This document shows positions 1 to 11,806 of a DNA stretch of 64,000 nucleotides, one piece after another. Under the pieces are notes generated by a model. The model ran no database searches and had not been told where the DNA came from. It saw nothing but the letters and a program-made list of their open reading frames with translations. This DNA is from Oikopleura dioica (lineage: Eukaryota; Animalia; Chordata): NCBI GenBank assembly GCA_907165135.1, contig OU015569.1, positions 9,610,001-9,674,000 of the forward strand. Direction: 5' to 3'. Every line of letters begins with the position of its first letter. Within the stretch, counting starts at the first letter, position 1. The translations under genes and the position numbers were made by a program.

Positions 1-339
1 GGGGTCTCTGTGTGGGGTGTAGGCTGCAAAAGTGTGGGCCTGGGCTGGAGCTGGGCCCTCCTCCGTAATATAACCCCCGCTGTGGAGAGCAGCCAATCAG
101 CAGCGCGGATCGACCCATGCCTACGCAACGAGAGGAACGAACCATCGCACCAAATGCGCGAAATGAGTCATCACATTGGAGAGCGCGCGACGCAACTCTC
201 TCTGGTAGAAAATAGACAGAGCGGAAAATAGACATGATTACGGTCCCCAGGGCACAGAGCTGGAAGAGCAACAGTTAATATCTAACCAGTCGATAAAGAG
301 ACAATAGAGACCCATCAACCCCGGCGCCGCACGAAAACG

Positions 340-3263
340 ATGAACGGCCCGATTGACTACATCAGCGACGGACATGGACAGTTCTCATCTACCACCGCTA
401 GACATTCTAGCGTCCCGCACAAATCCAAAGGAACCAGTTCTTCTATAATCAGACATAGTCAGGGTGCGTTTAGTAATCTTTATTCGAAATAGTTAAAAGC
501 CCTTTCTTTCTCGAGATTTTTCTATCCTTCCGGCCTTATCGTTTGAAATAGCGAAGAGTAAGAAGGAGGTTAATTCAAAGATCGTCCCCAAATATTGTCT
601 TAGGATTATCTAATAGTTATTTATTAGTGGTAATGGCTGGACAATAGTATTCTTTTCTTTTATTGCTTTGTCTGGGGCAGTAAATCAGTTCCGTTAGCTT
701 ACATTCGTACATTTTTTTGTTAAATATAGACAGAGAAATGAGCACTGAAGGTAAAAAACTGGATGAAGGGAAAGGAGAAGGAAAGTCCCGGAAAGATGCG
801 AAGCCATGTCATGATGAGGCTCAGAAGATCATCGACTATCTCCAGAAGAAGTATAACTACCACCATTTGCCGTACGGATCGTCCGCCGACGATGGTCACC
901 AGACGATCTTGACAAAGTGCAAGAACTTGCAGAAAGAGATTCTCTCCGTCTGCAGAAGAATCAAGCGAGCGAATCGCTCTTCAAAGTCCTTGCTCGACGT
1001 GCTCAACAACGAGGACGAATCCATCTGCCTTGTTATCAAAAGGAACCAGGTAGGAAGCGCAACATAAACAGTGCTCACCAACAGCGGAAGCTGGCATAAT
1101 ATTACTGGCATAATATTACATGCACCGTCACGTATTCAACCCGTTAAAATCTCGTTTCATTTAGGATGGTAGAATTCAAGTCGATGGAAGAAAAGTCTGG
1201 CCCCATGCGTTTATGTTTCATCTTTACGCGCTCTTCATCAAGGTCCGGGTTTCAAAGTGTCAGCAGGTCACTTAGTATCTCTCATTCATGGGTGCTTGAG
1301 TTCGATGGAACCTGGAAAAGGGGGACAACACCCGTGAGCAATGTGGAAATCATTCTGAGTTGCGAACGAAGGAAAACTTGAAAACTCCATGCAGCTACCC
1401 TTTTGCGGCGGAATGGGCGAACGGAGAAAATCTGCTTTGCATCAACCCTTTCCATTACGAAGAAAAACTAAAGATTGAAGTAAACTCGCTGGTTAAGCGA
1501 ACACCACTCACGAAAGGTCCTCCTTCGCGGCCGTCAACAGCCTCGTCGGTGAGAACCGAAGCTTCAGGAAACTCTTTGATGATAGACTCTAATTGTCTTG
1601 AGAAGCTTTCGCTCTCCAAGAATCTGTGGGAAGTGCCTAACAGACGCGAGCGCAAATTCGGCGATGATGAGCTGAAGAACGCCAAGGGTATCATCAAATT
1701 CGAAGAGACAGTCTCGAAGGCACACGAGAAAAGAAACATGCACAACACGAGAAGCAGAAGTCCTAGGTAATTTTTATTATAACGTTCTATTTACTAAAAT
1801 GTACAGAATTTCATTAGCACTTTTTGTTATTGAGTAGGCAGAACTTGCTTAATATATAAACATATTGCTTTAATAAATGTTAGATGAGAATCAATTTTTG
1901 AAGAAGGTCTATAATTTTGTTGTAGACAATGTAACACAACCGGTCGTCAAGTTGCGTCAGATTTGCTAATAAACTATTGACTCAATAGCTACGAAAGCTT
2001 GCTTTATCAAAGAATTTAGACAGGGACGACGCAACCCAGCATGTGTGACTGATTGTGAGCTGATCAAGCTTTCTTTGCAGCCTGTAAACACGGTCAATGA
2101 AGTGAAAAGTCAGCTAGAAGACTTCTCTTTCATGGAAAACGCATTCAATGACGTCCAGGTTGGAGATGTCGGTGACGTAGCCGGGCTGCAACAGATAGAA
2201 GATCAGTTAGGGCTTCAGCCTACGAATGCAAACCAGAACGGTAGCCACGATAATTCGGAGTACTCAATGGTGACACACCCAATTGTGCTTCGCGAGGCAG
2301 CGGAGAAACCTTGGTGCAACGTTTCCGTGTACGAGTGCAACAACAAAATCGAGGTCTACTCAACGGCGAAGACTCAGCTCGGTGTCGAGTACAAGGCGGC
2401 CGATGTAAATAGATACGCCAAGAAGGAGACTCTCAAGGGCAAGGACGCTGCCCAAACGGATATTTTCGACTTGTCCAGCATCTCCAATGTAAATAGGTAA
2501 GAACATATTAGTTTCATTTATGTTTAACACATTCCACTCTAGAAGTACAGACACTTGGGACCTGTTGGAAAAGCTTCAACGAGGCTTGACACTTGTCTAT
2601 GACCGAGAGAAGCGCATCGTCAGTTGCCACAACAATTGCAAGAACCTGAAGATATACGTTCTCTCCTACCTTATGAATGTAGAATGTGGAAAACACGAGC
2701 AATCACTGATCCAAGTAGGCCCAGGTGCGTCTCGTGTCGTTTATGACGGCTACCAACTTGCGAAGACGATCGAAGGCGTCAACTCGACCACACAAAATGA
2801 TTTGCAAAAGTGGGCTCTCATCAGTCAATACGCGAATTACTTTACTGTTTTCCGCATATCTTTCCAACCATGGGGTCCGGAATACACGAAGAAGCGTCTT
2901 ACTGGTAAGCATCTTTTAGTACTTCATCTGAACTCTAGTTTAAGGATAAAATTAATTCACAACTTATTATTATTAGTCATAAGAATGAATTAAAAAATCT
3001 CTTTAGACTGCGATCTGTGGTTGGAAATATTCATGCGTGAATACCTTGACTGGATAAACCAGATCGAGCACCACTATGAATACGTCGTTCACGATGCCGC
3101 ATATGATTCTCCAGAAACGACCCCTCAATATGACCAGATTCAAAATTACGCGCCGGTACAATCACCCGACCCGACCCTACAGCCGGTGCAATCTCCCATG
3201 TCTCAACACCCTATGTCACCGTATAACATGGCCATGTCGCCTAACAACTTGCCTCTTCAGTGA
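340..3263 (+). CDS. Highly divergent SMAD-family protein (MH1 + linker + MH2) without a C-terminal SSXS; multi-exon
   Basis: Exon 1 runs from ATG340 to 463 and splices in frame to 730. MH1 motifs: ICLVIKRNQ|DGRIQVDGRKVWPH and GNHSELR..CSYPF..LCINPFHY (cf. [22 protein letters not shown] and VCINPYHY). MH2 motifs: PWCNVSVYE, LSSISNVNR, RISFQPWGPEY, WLEIFM..LDWI. Confidence 0.88.
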
Positions 3264-4132
3264 GGACATAACACTCTTCTGCTCAACTTTTTAGGGTGCA
3301 CGCTTTATCTCTGATACTTTTTCTTGTTCGCAAAGTCCCTTAAGCGTAAAGCTGGGTCTAATTCTGCATTCTATATGTATTCTTAATAACATTTTCATTC
3401 TCGCGTCCTTACATGTAAATGTATCTACGTCGCCAATTCCCCAATTCAAGTTCAAACCCGTTATGTTCCTTTAACTCAATAACCAGCTTCTACCTGCGTC
3501 AAATTAATAATGTTAAAGCTTCCTCTTATACTTTTTGTTGTTTTAAAGCTTGTAGTAGGCCTTGTACATTGCCTAATGCATTTTGACGTGCAGCAAAAAT
3601 AACCACTCTCGGTGCTTCAATAAACCCGCAAAGTTCAGACACTTGCTTATTCTTTCGGTATAATTATTTTAACACTTGTTTAGCAATAGATGGCGGAAAT
3701 TTTTGCCATCTCCTAAATTTTCGAAATTGTCATGTGAGTATTCTCTTTTTAGTTTATTCGTTGTTAGAGCAGAAATAATTTATTCTTTGTGAACTAGTTT
3801 TTTGTCAGATGGTCAGTTTGAATCTGAAATAATAAGTCATCAGGCAGACAGGAGGGCAGGCTGAAAAAAGAATTCAGTTTTTTTGGATAGGAGTATCATA
3901 TAGCTTGATTAGAGCGGGAACTAGTAATATTATAACAGGGCCCGCCTGAGTTGTCACTTGGATATCATAGGAGTTAATATAAGATATTAATTCTTAGGAA
4001 GAATAATTCAAGGATTATAGCCTTGAGCACGAGCAATGTCACAGACATGCCAATGTTGACATAACCAACTGATTAGTTTGTTTTTCATTTTCGGTGAAGC
4101 ACTGGGATATTTGAAAGAGACTAAGATTTTCT

Positions 4133-7100
4133 TTAGCCATTCTGGGATCGCGGGGTTGAAGAAACAACGAGTTCGCCAGGTCCAACTGACTTTTGTAGTT
4201 TAACACTTTTGTTTTTCGAGACTTTTTTGCGTTCAATCTCCAAGATAGAACTGAGCTCGCTTTCGATCTCTCCCAATTTTAGACGTTCGTCGGGCTCCAT
4301 TTTCCAGCATTCCTTTGATTTATATTAGAAAATGAACATTTTACTTTTTATTTACCTGCATCAGAGTCCACATTCGCGGGTCGAATTTCGTCAAATGTTC
4401 AGGGCGTGCACCTCTTCGAACGGCGTTCCAGAGGGCTTCTTTACTCGAGCAGCGCTCAAAGTTCTGAGGCAATCTTGTCGATCCAGAGCAGATGTACCAG
4501 AGCTAAAAGAGAAGATGAAGGCGATGTTTGATAAGTAATTAAAAACTGCTCCAGGCTCGTTAGGCACAATCGAACTGGCTAATTGAAGCATCAAGTGGAA
4601 AAATTACCATTATGCCGAGAGCGTAGACATCAATTGAGGCATCATAAGCGCCCTTGAATAGCTCAGGAGGCATGTGAATAGGTGTTCCAACTACCGAGCC
4701 TGAAAGCATCGCGCCTGGTTTACAAAATCCCAAGTCAGAAATTTTCGCGCGATTGTTCCCATCCAGCAAAACATTTTTCAGTTTAATGTCGCGGTGGACG
4801 AGCCCACGGGAATGCAAGTAGCTAAATGAATTTTAAAAAAGATAATAGTGAATAACCCTAACCGAAGTCCATTCACAACATCAAGGGCAACTTGCAACCT
4901 GTCGCAATAAGAAATGCCTTGCTTGATTGCCGTGTAGAGGTCTCGTCGAAGCCTCTCCATTATTAAGAGTACGGCTGGCTGGGAGTTTTCTTCGGGCCCA
5001 TAGGAGTCATAGTCAATAAGAGAACCGTACAGCTTCACTATGTGAGGATGAGGCTCTAGCCACCATTTCGTGTAATAGAACTCAAGCGAGAGATCTCCCC
5101 ACTGCCGATCACCGTCCGGAATGACAGATTTGACGGCGACTCCAATCCTATGCCCCCAGTGATCGGACTGAGCAACAATTCCATATTGACCTGAATACTT
5201 CGTAAAATTCTGCTTGCCAATAACTTGTTTTTACCTCTACCGATTTCACGGCCAATTTTTGGCATTCCATACATAATTAAGTCGCGGAAGGAAGAGTTCT
5301 CGAGCATAAGGCGACCTAGGCGTGGGCACACGTGTCTGCGCAATCGTAATTTTGTGTTTTCAACCTTGTTCAAACGGTTTTGATGTTTTTGATCCAAAAG
5401 CACCATTGAGGTAATAAAGTTCTCGTGAGCTTCGTAAAGACGGTCTGAATATGGAATAAATGACTCGAGAAACCGTTGAGTACAAAATATTCAATCTTGC
5501 CCGCGTTCCGAAAACAAAAAAGGGCGCCTTTCAACGGATACAAAAAATCGACTCTTTGTGTTGCAAGTAAATAGCACTGCCGCATAAGGACAATAATTGC
5601 GAGTCAAATTCCGTTTTTTCAAAGATTGGGTCACCTGACCCCTTCCATCATCGACAGGAAAAACTTACTTTTTATTTGGCGGAGGAGAGCAGTCCCGAGC
5701 TTCCGTGGGCAAAGCAATGCCATCAAATTTGCTACATGCGTTTGTGCCCAACTTGTCGCGGAATTGTCGGCGTCAGCGTGCGTTTTCGGCTGAAATACAC
5801 GTTTGAAGCGGCGAGTGATGACGGCAGAGGTTGGAAGCCCGTCATCAATAGCAAGTGTATGTCCATTAGGCGCGTTGAGCAATTCTGTCAATCTTACAGA
5901 CGGTCGACTTTCACTTTGCTTGTATTCAACCTAAATAAAGTTGATAGCTTGAACACATTATTTAAATTAAATTACCTTCGATTCTAGTAGTTCAAGCGAG
6001 CGTTTTAGTGGTCCTTTATCACCAATATTTTCCAAATTACAAATGATCGAACTGCTTTTTGAAGAAATTTGGTTCAAAACATACTGGTCGACAGTATTAA
6101 TACGCTCATCAAGTTCGCGATTCGACATCCTAGCTCCCTTCTTCCAGTTATTGAGCAATATTTCATGTTTTCCGAGCTCCACTTCTTCAAGAACCATTGC
6201 TATTGACTTCACAATGGCATCATTTACATTTTCTAATGTTACGGAGCTAAAATTTATTCATAATCTCAGAACTTGAAAAAGATATTACCGGTAGAGATCG
6301 AATATTTTCTGTTCTTGCTCTTCTGCGTAGTTGAGACGCTTTGGCGTCATCGTTAAGTCCCTGGACATGTCCATGCATCTGTTCAGTAACTTCGACATAC
6401 ATGATTCTAGCAGACTGATCAAGTGAGTAGAAGCCTAATAAATAACAATTCACAGCTCCCAGGTTGTAACTATTTTACCTGGATCAGATATGCGCGAGCT
6501 TGGCGTCTAATATTAGGCTCCAATTCCACATGAAAGTCAGTGAATGAAGGCAAAAATTGACAACGACTGGCGCGATTTAGCCAGCTCTTAGTTGTGAATC
6601 CCTTTGGATTGAGGTAACCAATATTTTCGAGTTGATCTGCTAGCTCAGACTCCTCTTCATTTTTTGCAGAGCGCACGAAGAGGACAGCTGAGTGAGGAAG
6701 TCTCTTTTGAAGGTATTTTAGATCTTCGAGCTCTCTATGCGTAAAGCTCGCTCGCTCGATTGCATAAATAACGAAGGGGAGACAAACATCCATGGCGGAG
6801 TCGACGATTTCGTCGATTCCAAAGCTGCCGCCACTCGGAGAAACCATGACTGTTGAACCATCTTTCAGCAGAATATGATTTAAGCTGACTTCAATCGCAG
6901 ACTCTTCTATTTTAGACAGTTGACCCTCTTTTTCCGGCAAAAGGATGAGCTCTTTTTTGGCAAGCCCACTTTTTGACGAGCCGTTTGAATCTTCCGAGTA
7001 AGCTGACTCAACAGAGTTTGGAAAGAATTCCAAGTTGACGTAACTTCCACTGTCTCCAACTGTCGCATAATTCTCGAATCCATACTTGATGCGAATCATG

Positions 7101-7649
7101 CGGCCCTCGGTGATTTCTGTTGTTTCTTGCGATACAATAGTTTCTTTGAATAGTTCGTTCACGACAGAGCATTTCGCCTAAAATAATATTCCTTGTTGAT
7201 TGCAGTCCAAGAAGTGTCGCGAAGTGATCGATTCTTGCTACGATTTTACCTGGTAAGTTTGACCGAAAATAGCAATTCCAGATGGAATTCTATCTTGGAT
7301 TGCTTGCAGAATCGGACAAGTGACACTGCCAAGTGCAGGCAACTCTGGAAAGTTGTTTCGCAGCGAGTTGATCTAGAACTCCAAGTTATCATTTGAGCGC
7401 TCTAGTTCATAGAATCACCTGATGAAGAGTGCTGTCATATGATTGTCGCAACTCGTCGGCTTTTCTTCCGAAAACATTGAGCGCTTTTGATATGGGCACG
7501 TTGACCATTGATGATGGCCTTGACTGTAGCTGCTGGAGAAGATGGGAACCTGAAGGACCCACGTCTGAAGGTCCACGCCATCCAGTGGGCGGTGTGTCCA
7601 ACTGAGTTGGAATGGAGAAGCGTGTTTGGTAAGCCAAAGTCGCCGTCAT
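4133..7649 (-). CDS. DSTYK: Dual serine/threonine and tyrosine protein kinase (Dusty/RIPK5); multi-exon
   Basis: [43 protein letters not shown] and [35 protein letters not shown] match the DSTYK kinase domain. The long N-terminal region has a degenerate P-loop ([19 protein letters not shown]). Stop TAA at 4133-4135. Confidence 0.93.
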
Positions 7650-9188
7650 TAAAACGCTTTCAGCGCTCTTCCAGGTTGAGCTTGTGCAGAAAAAGTATGA
7701 TTTCTCCTTTTATGGGCTTAGCAATTGCATGATCACATGTTTGTCCGTTATGTCTCTCTTTTTTCGATTTTTGAAGAAATAAAGATCAAGAGCCCTTCCT
7801 GTTTAAACAACGGGATACCACTCAATCAGCTGGCCGCATAGTAGAAGTCGGTGTAAGTCATCATCTCTGGCAAATAAAGTTCGCTGCTGATTTGTGATGT
7901 TATAAATTTCTCGAAGACGAGCAATGTCTCGATTTTTCAGTCTAAAAAAGCCCATAAATATTTCGAAACTTTGGCCTAAACCCATCCCCGCGAGCAACCT
8001 CTTTTATGGCTTTTTAACGAGCTAGTGTTCTTTGAACCCTGCCTATCTGCGTTGATCTTCTTCTAAGGCTTTAGAATCCAAGCTTCTAAATTAAAACCAA
8101 TACTGAATAGGTTCTCCTCTATCCGTCTCTTTCGGAAATTCGTTGGCAAAAATATAGCTAGAAATGGGGAAAAAGGTCTAAAATTAGTCTTCGTCGCCCA
8201 AGGGTAATAAACAAAAAGTCCTGTTTATTCAATTGTCCCGGATAAAGAGAGACCCACTTTAGCGATTAGCCATTGACGGATGGCTGACCAATTTTCCAAC
8301 ATTTTTCCAAAAAGACGTAAATTATGAAACAATGACAATGTTTTCTCTCTGTTATCATGAGGAATTCTCCATCTTTCAATACTGAGAAAAAAATAATGAT
8401 AAAATCAGTTCTGCTCTGTTTCTCTAAAAAAATCTCGATTTTGTGGATTCCTTTCCTCAGTGAAAATGTCAAACAATACCTCTTGTAGAGGCCAATTTTT
8501 GTCCGAATCAATTATTTGCATTTCAGCTGCGATTTGAAACAGTGATACACTCAAGACTTAAGATCTCTATCTCTCTTCTCTCTGACTATGGCCGTTGCTC
8601 TCTGTTCTAGGCTAGACGTGTACCTTGCTGGGGGGTTTGATAACTTTAGGTCTGAAAGACTGAAAAACCTTAAAAAGGTGTGAATTCAGAAATGACACAT
8701 CTAAGATATTATCAAAAAATCCCTGCTGCGTCGACCGCTAAAGAATGTAATTGAAGAAAAAAATGTTTCACTTTGTTGAAAAAATATTATCTTACGGAAG
8801 CGTTCTGTTGAAAAATCGTGACCGCCGTCGATTACGAAGCTAGCTCTCTTTGAAAATTCGTATTTGAGTTCTCCTTGATTTCGAAAATTTGAATTTCGGT
8901 ACGAGCGCGCAATCTTCCCGCTCAAAAAGTTTGGGAGTACGCCTGGTGGCGCTGTCGAGCTCGATCTCTTTCCGATTTCTGAAAGGAAAATTTTCCACGG
9001 AGTTTTCCCACTGAGTACTGTACTCCCAGCCAACACAATTGTTTGCCCAGTCAGACTTTGTCTACTGAAAAAGGGATTAACTGAAACCAATTTCGCGCTC
9101 GAAATTGCCCGCGATTTTCAACTCTACTGAAGCCTACTGTGTTCACTATCAAAAATGGCTTGAGCTATCTTACTAAGTTATTTTGTTT

Positions 9189-9998
9189 TTGACCTTTTAT
9201 TTGGCTTCGAACTTTAATGTTTAACAACAACACTACACAACTAATGTTTTTGGGAATCTATCAACATCGGAAGAATAACGACAGAACTGTCAATTTTACG
9301 AGAAGTGAACATTCACAAACTATCATAATCGATAAAAATCTACTTAGACTCGTTAAAACTAGTTAGACCTAGAACTGACCTCAAAACCGTCGCTGGTTTT
9401 TCTGTTTCTTGCCGTTGAAAATATTTAGCGAGGGAAAATAAAAGAAACAAATATTGCCAAGAAATAGCTAGACAATGTTAAGAAGTCAAACACCTTGGCG
9501 AGGTCAGAAGCTCAAATCTGTGTCAATCTTTTTCTTACATAACTAGTAGGTAGTTATATTGCTCTCTCTCTCTGTCTCAAGAAAAAGAAAGCTACCAACA
9601 GTGATTGTCATCCGCTTTAAATCAATTTATGTGGATTTTCTAAAAAAATATTATAAAGAATAATGGGTAAATGAATGGCATTATCTTACAAAGAGGAAAC
9701 CTAGACTGTGTTCTGTAATCTCAGTGGTATTTATGAGCTTAAACGCAATAAAGAATCAAAGTGTTTACATTTTTAAACAAGTTTCGGGGTGAGTGATTTG
9801 CTTGACCTTTGAAGTCGTCTTTGAAATTCGCTCTATGAAAAAGCTCCTCAAAAGATCTGGGTCGATGGTAGCCTGATCTGGGTTGAATTGAAACGACCTA
9901 AAAAGCCACCGCGGCTGGATACTGTAAATTTGAACCATGGGCGCTTGATATCATGCTTTGTTTGTAAAGCACACGCCGTAATTACGAACACTTGACCT
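9189..9998. promoter_or_regulatory. Cluster of five nuclear-receptor half sites (TGACCT/AGGTCA) in a non-coding gap; candidate enhancer
   Basis: TGACCT at about 9190, 9376, 9803 and 9993; AGGTCA at 9501. No long ORFs in the region. Confidence 0.3.
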
Positions 9999-10569
9999 TC
10001 ATATCCAAGTGGAGATGTTGAGCTCTTCTAGGGCCAAGTTTTGAAATCAGAAAATGTTGCTGATAATTGCGGCTAAGTCACTACTCGCAAAAGCGGCCGT
10101 TCTCATCAATTGTGCGATAATGGGCACTTGGCTGTAAAAGGTACGTTCCAAATTTTTCGTAAAAAAACTGGCTGACAGAATTTATGATGCGTAGCAGATC
10201 ACAAAAGCAAACGAGAAATCATTTCTGGCTTTTGATTCAAGTCAGGCGCGAAGAAAGGTTCGTTTTTTATTTAATTGGGTCTTTATTGTACAGCAAGGCA
10301 ATATCAACAACGGAAGCACGGAGAACTTCATTTTAATAGTATCTCTAAATACAGAATATTTTGAACCGAAAGAGCAACTTTTTTGTACTCCAATTTTTGC
10401 AGGCTTGCGATAATTTCTAAAAATCGGAGGTAAAATTCCGATTACGCGAGCGTAAAATTGACATTCCCAACGAACATGGCGGCCTTGGTCATCTTTTCAT
10501 ATATTTAATCATCCTTTCATTGTAATATTGCAAAGCAGCAGACGTTATGCTTTTGATTTTATTTTACAT

Positions 10570-11806
10570 AGAGAATGTACTAACTTCGAGCTGCAACAGA
10601 ATTAGAGGCGAGCATGGTGAAATAAGTTCACAGCATCCATACAGGAAGCGTTTTTTTTATCAAGAATTCACGATATTGTTTTTCTGAAAAGTTTCTTTGA
10701 AAAAACGCACATCAAGTGGCGGAGAAAACTGGTGTATATGGGTAAAATCGCAATGCCAGGAATGGTTCTTGAGTCAAGAAATCTTGACTGATGAACTGCT
10801 TTTAAAACTTTAAAATTTAAAAGAAGAGACCATCAAGAGCTAATATACAGGCCGGTCTTATTTTGACTGTGAACCAACTTGAACTCACTAATTGTACAAC
10901 AGATGTCCTTACTATTTCCACCAAGCAAGACACGATCAATTTTTGTCAGGGCGAAGTCCGAATCCCTGAGCAGCATTTTCCAGGCAGAGATGATAAATTT
11001 GAGAAAATCCTACCTTTACTGAGTCTTGCTCGCATTCTTACGGATTCATCTAATAAAAAGATCGGGAATTCATTCTCGAGTTTAAATCTGGCAAGATGAG
11101 CGGTGATTACGGATTCGATGTTGCTTGGCGATGCAGTATAAAGGAAGAAAAACAGGAAAGCCATTCATAATAATTCCGCTAACGAAAACTCGCGAGCGTA
11201 CTATTAAACCTCTGCTTAGAAAGCCGCATCAGTATCAATCGAGAGGAACTTGAAGGTTCCCAAAACATTTGAAGCTCTGGTGCTGAAACAATTCGATGAC
11301 ATCATTGAAGAAAACAAGGAATCGATCAAGAAAGCGAACCGAGTTCAAGCAGTTAGAAACTCCTTTGAAAGAATGTGCAGAGACATCGAGAAAGCAACAA
11401 ATAGAAAAGGAAAGAATCACTACCACTACTATTTTGGAAAGGCTTTGTGAATGAAAGTACTTTAGATCGGGAACGCCAGTGTGCAGACTTATCCAAGGGA
11501 AAAGAATTCATTCAAAGTAAACTTTCGGAACAGTCACCTGTCTCGCCAATTGACGCTCTTCAGACTTTTTAGAAAAGAAAGGGCTTGAATCAGATCAGCG
11601 CTAGAATTTAGAACAGCATATACTATATAGTGAGTCACTTTTCGTGATATACTTGTGTCCGGACTCCGGAGTGTTGGGAGATAGACTTTTCAAGCAATTG
11701 ACAGTACGTAACTGCTAGATTCTTGGAATGCAATCATGGAGGAGGATGGGCTTTTGCTCGTGTGAAGACAAGAGTTCAGAAACTGCACGACCTGATAAAT
11801 GCTTAA
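10570..11806 (+). CDS. CUB-domain protein with a helical C-terminal region, probably secreted; start not resolved
   Basis: Exons read SCNRIRGEHGEISSQHPY, NWCIW, LILTVNQLELTNCTTDVLTISTKQDTINFCQG and FILEFKSGKMSGDYGFDVAW, which follows the CUB consensus. They continue through ORF 11250 to ...KLHDLINA* (TAA 11804-11806). Confidence 0.55.

Noticed and set aside
11466-11580. VQTYPR..LFRLFR as a third MH1-like gene
   Set aside because: No Zn-ligand Cys or NPxHY motif, and upstream exons encode an extracellular CUB domain.
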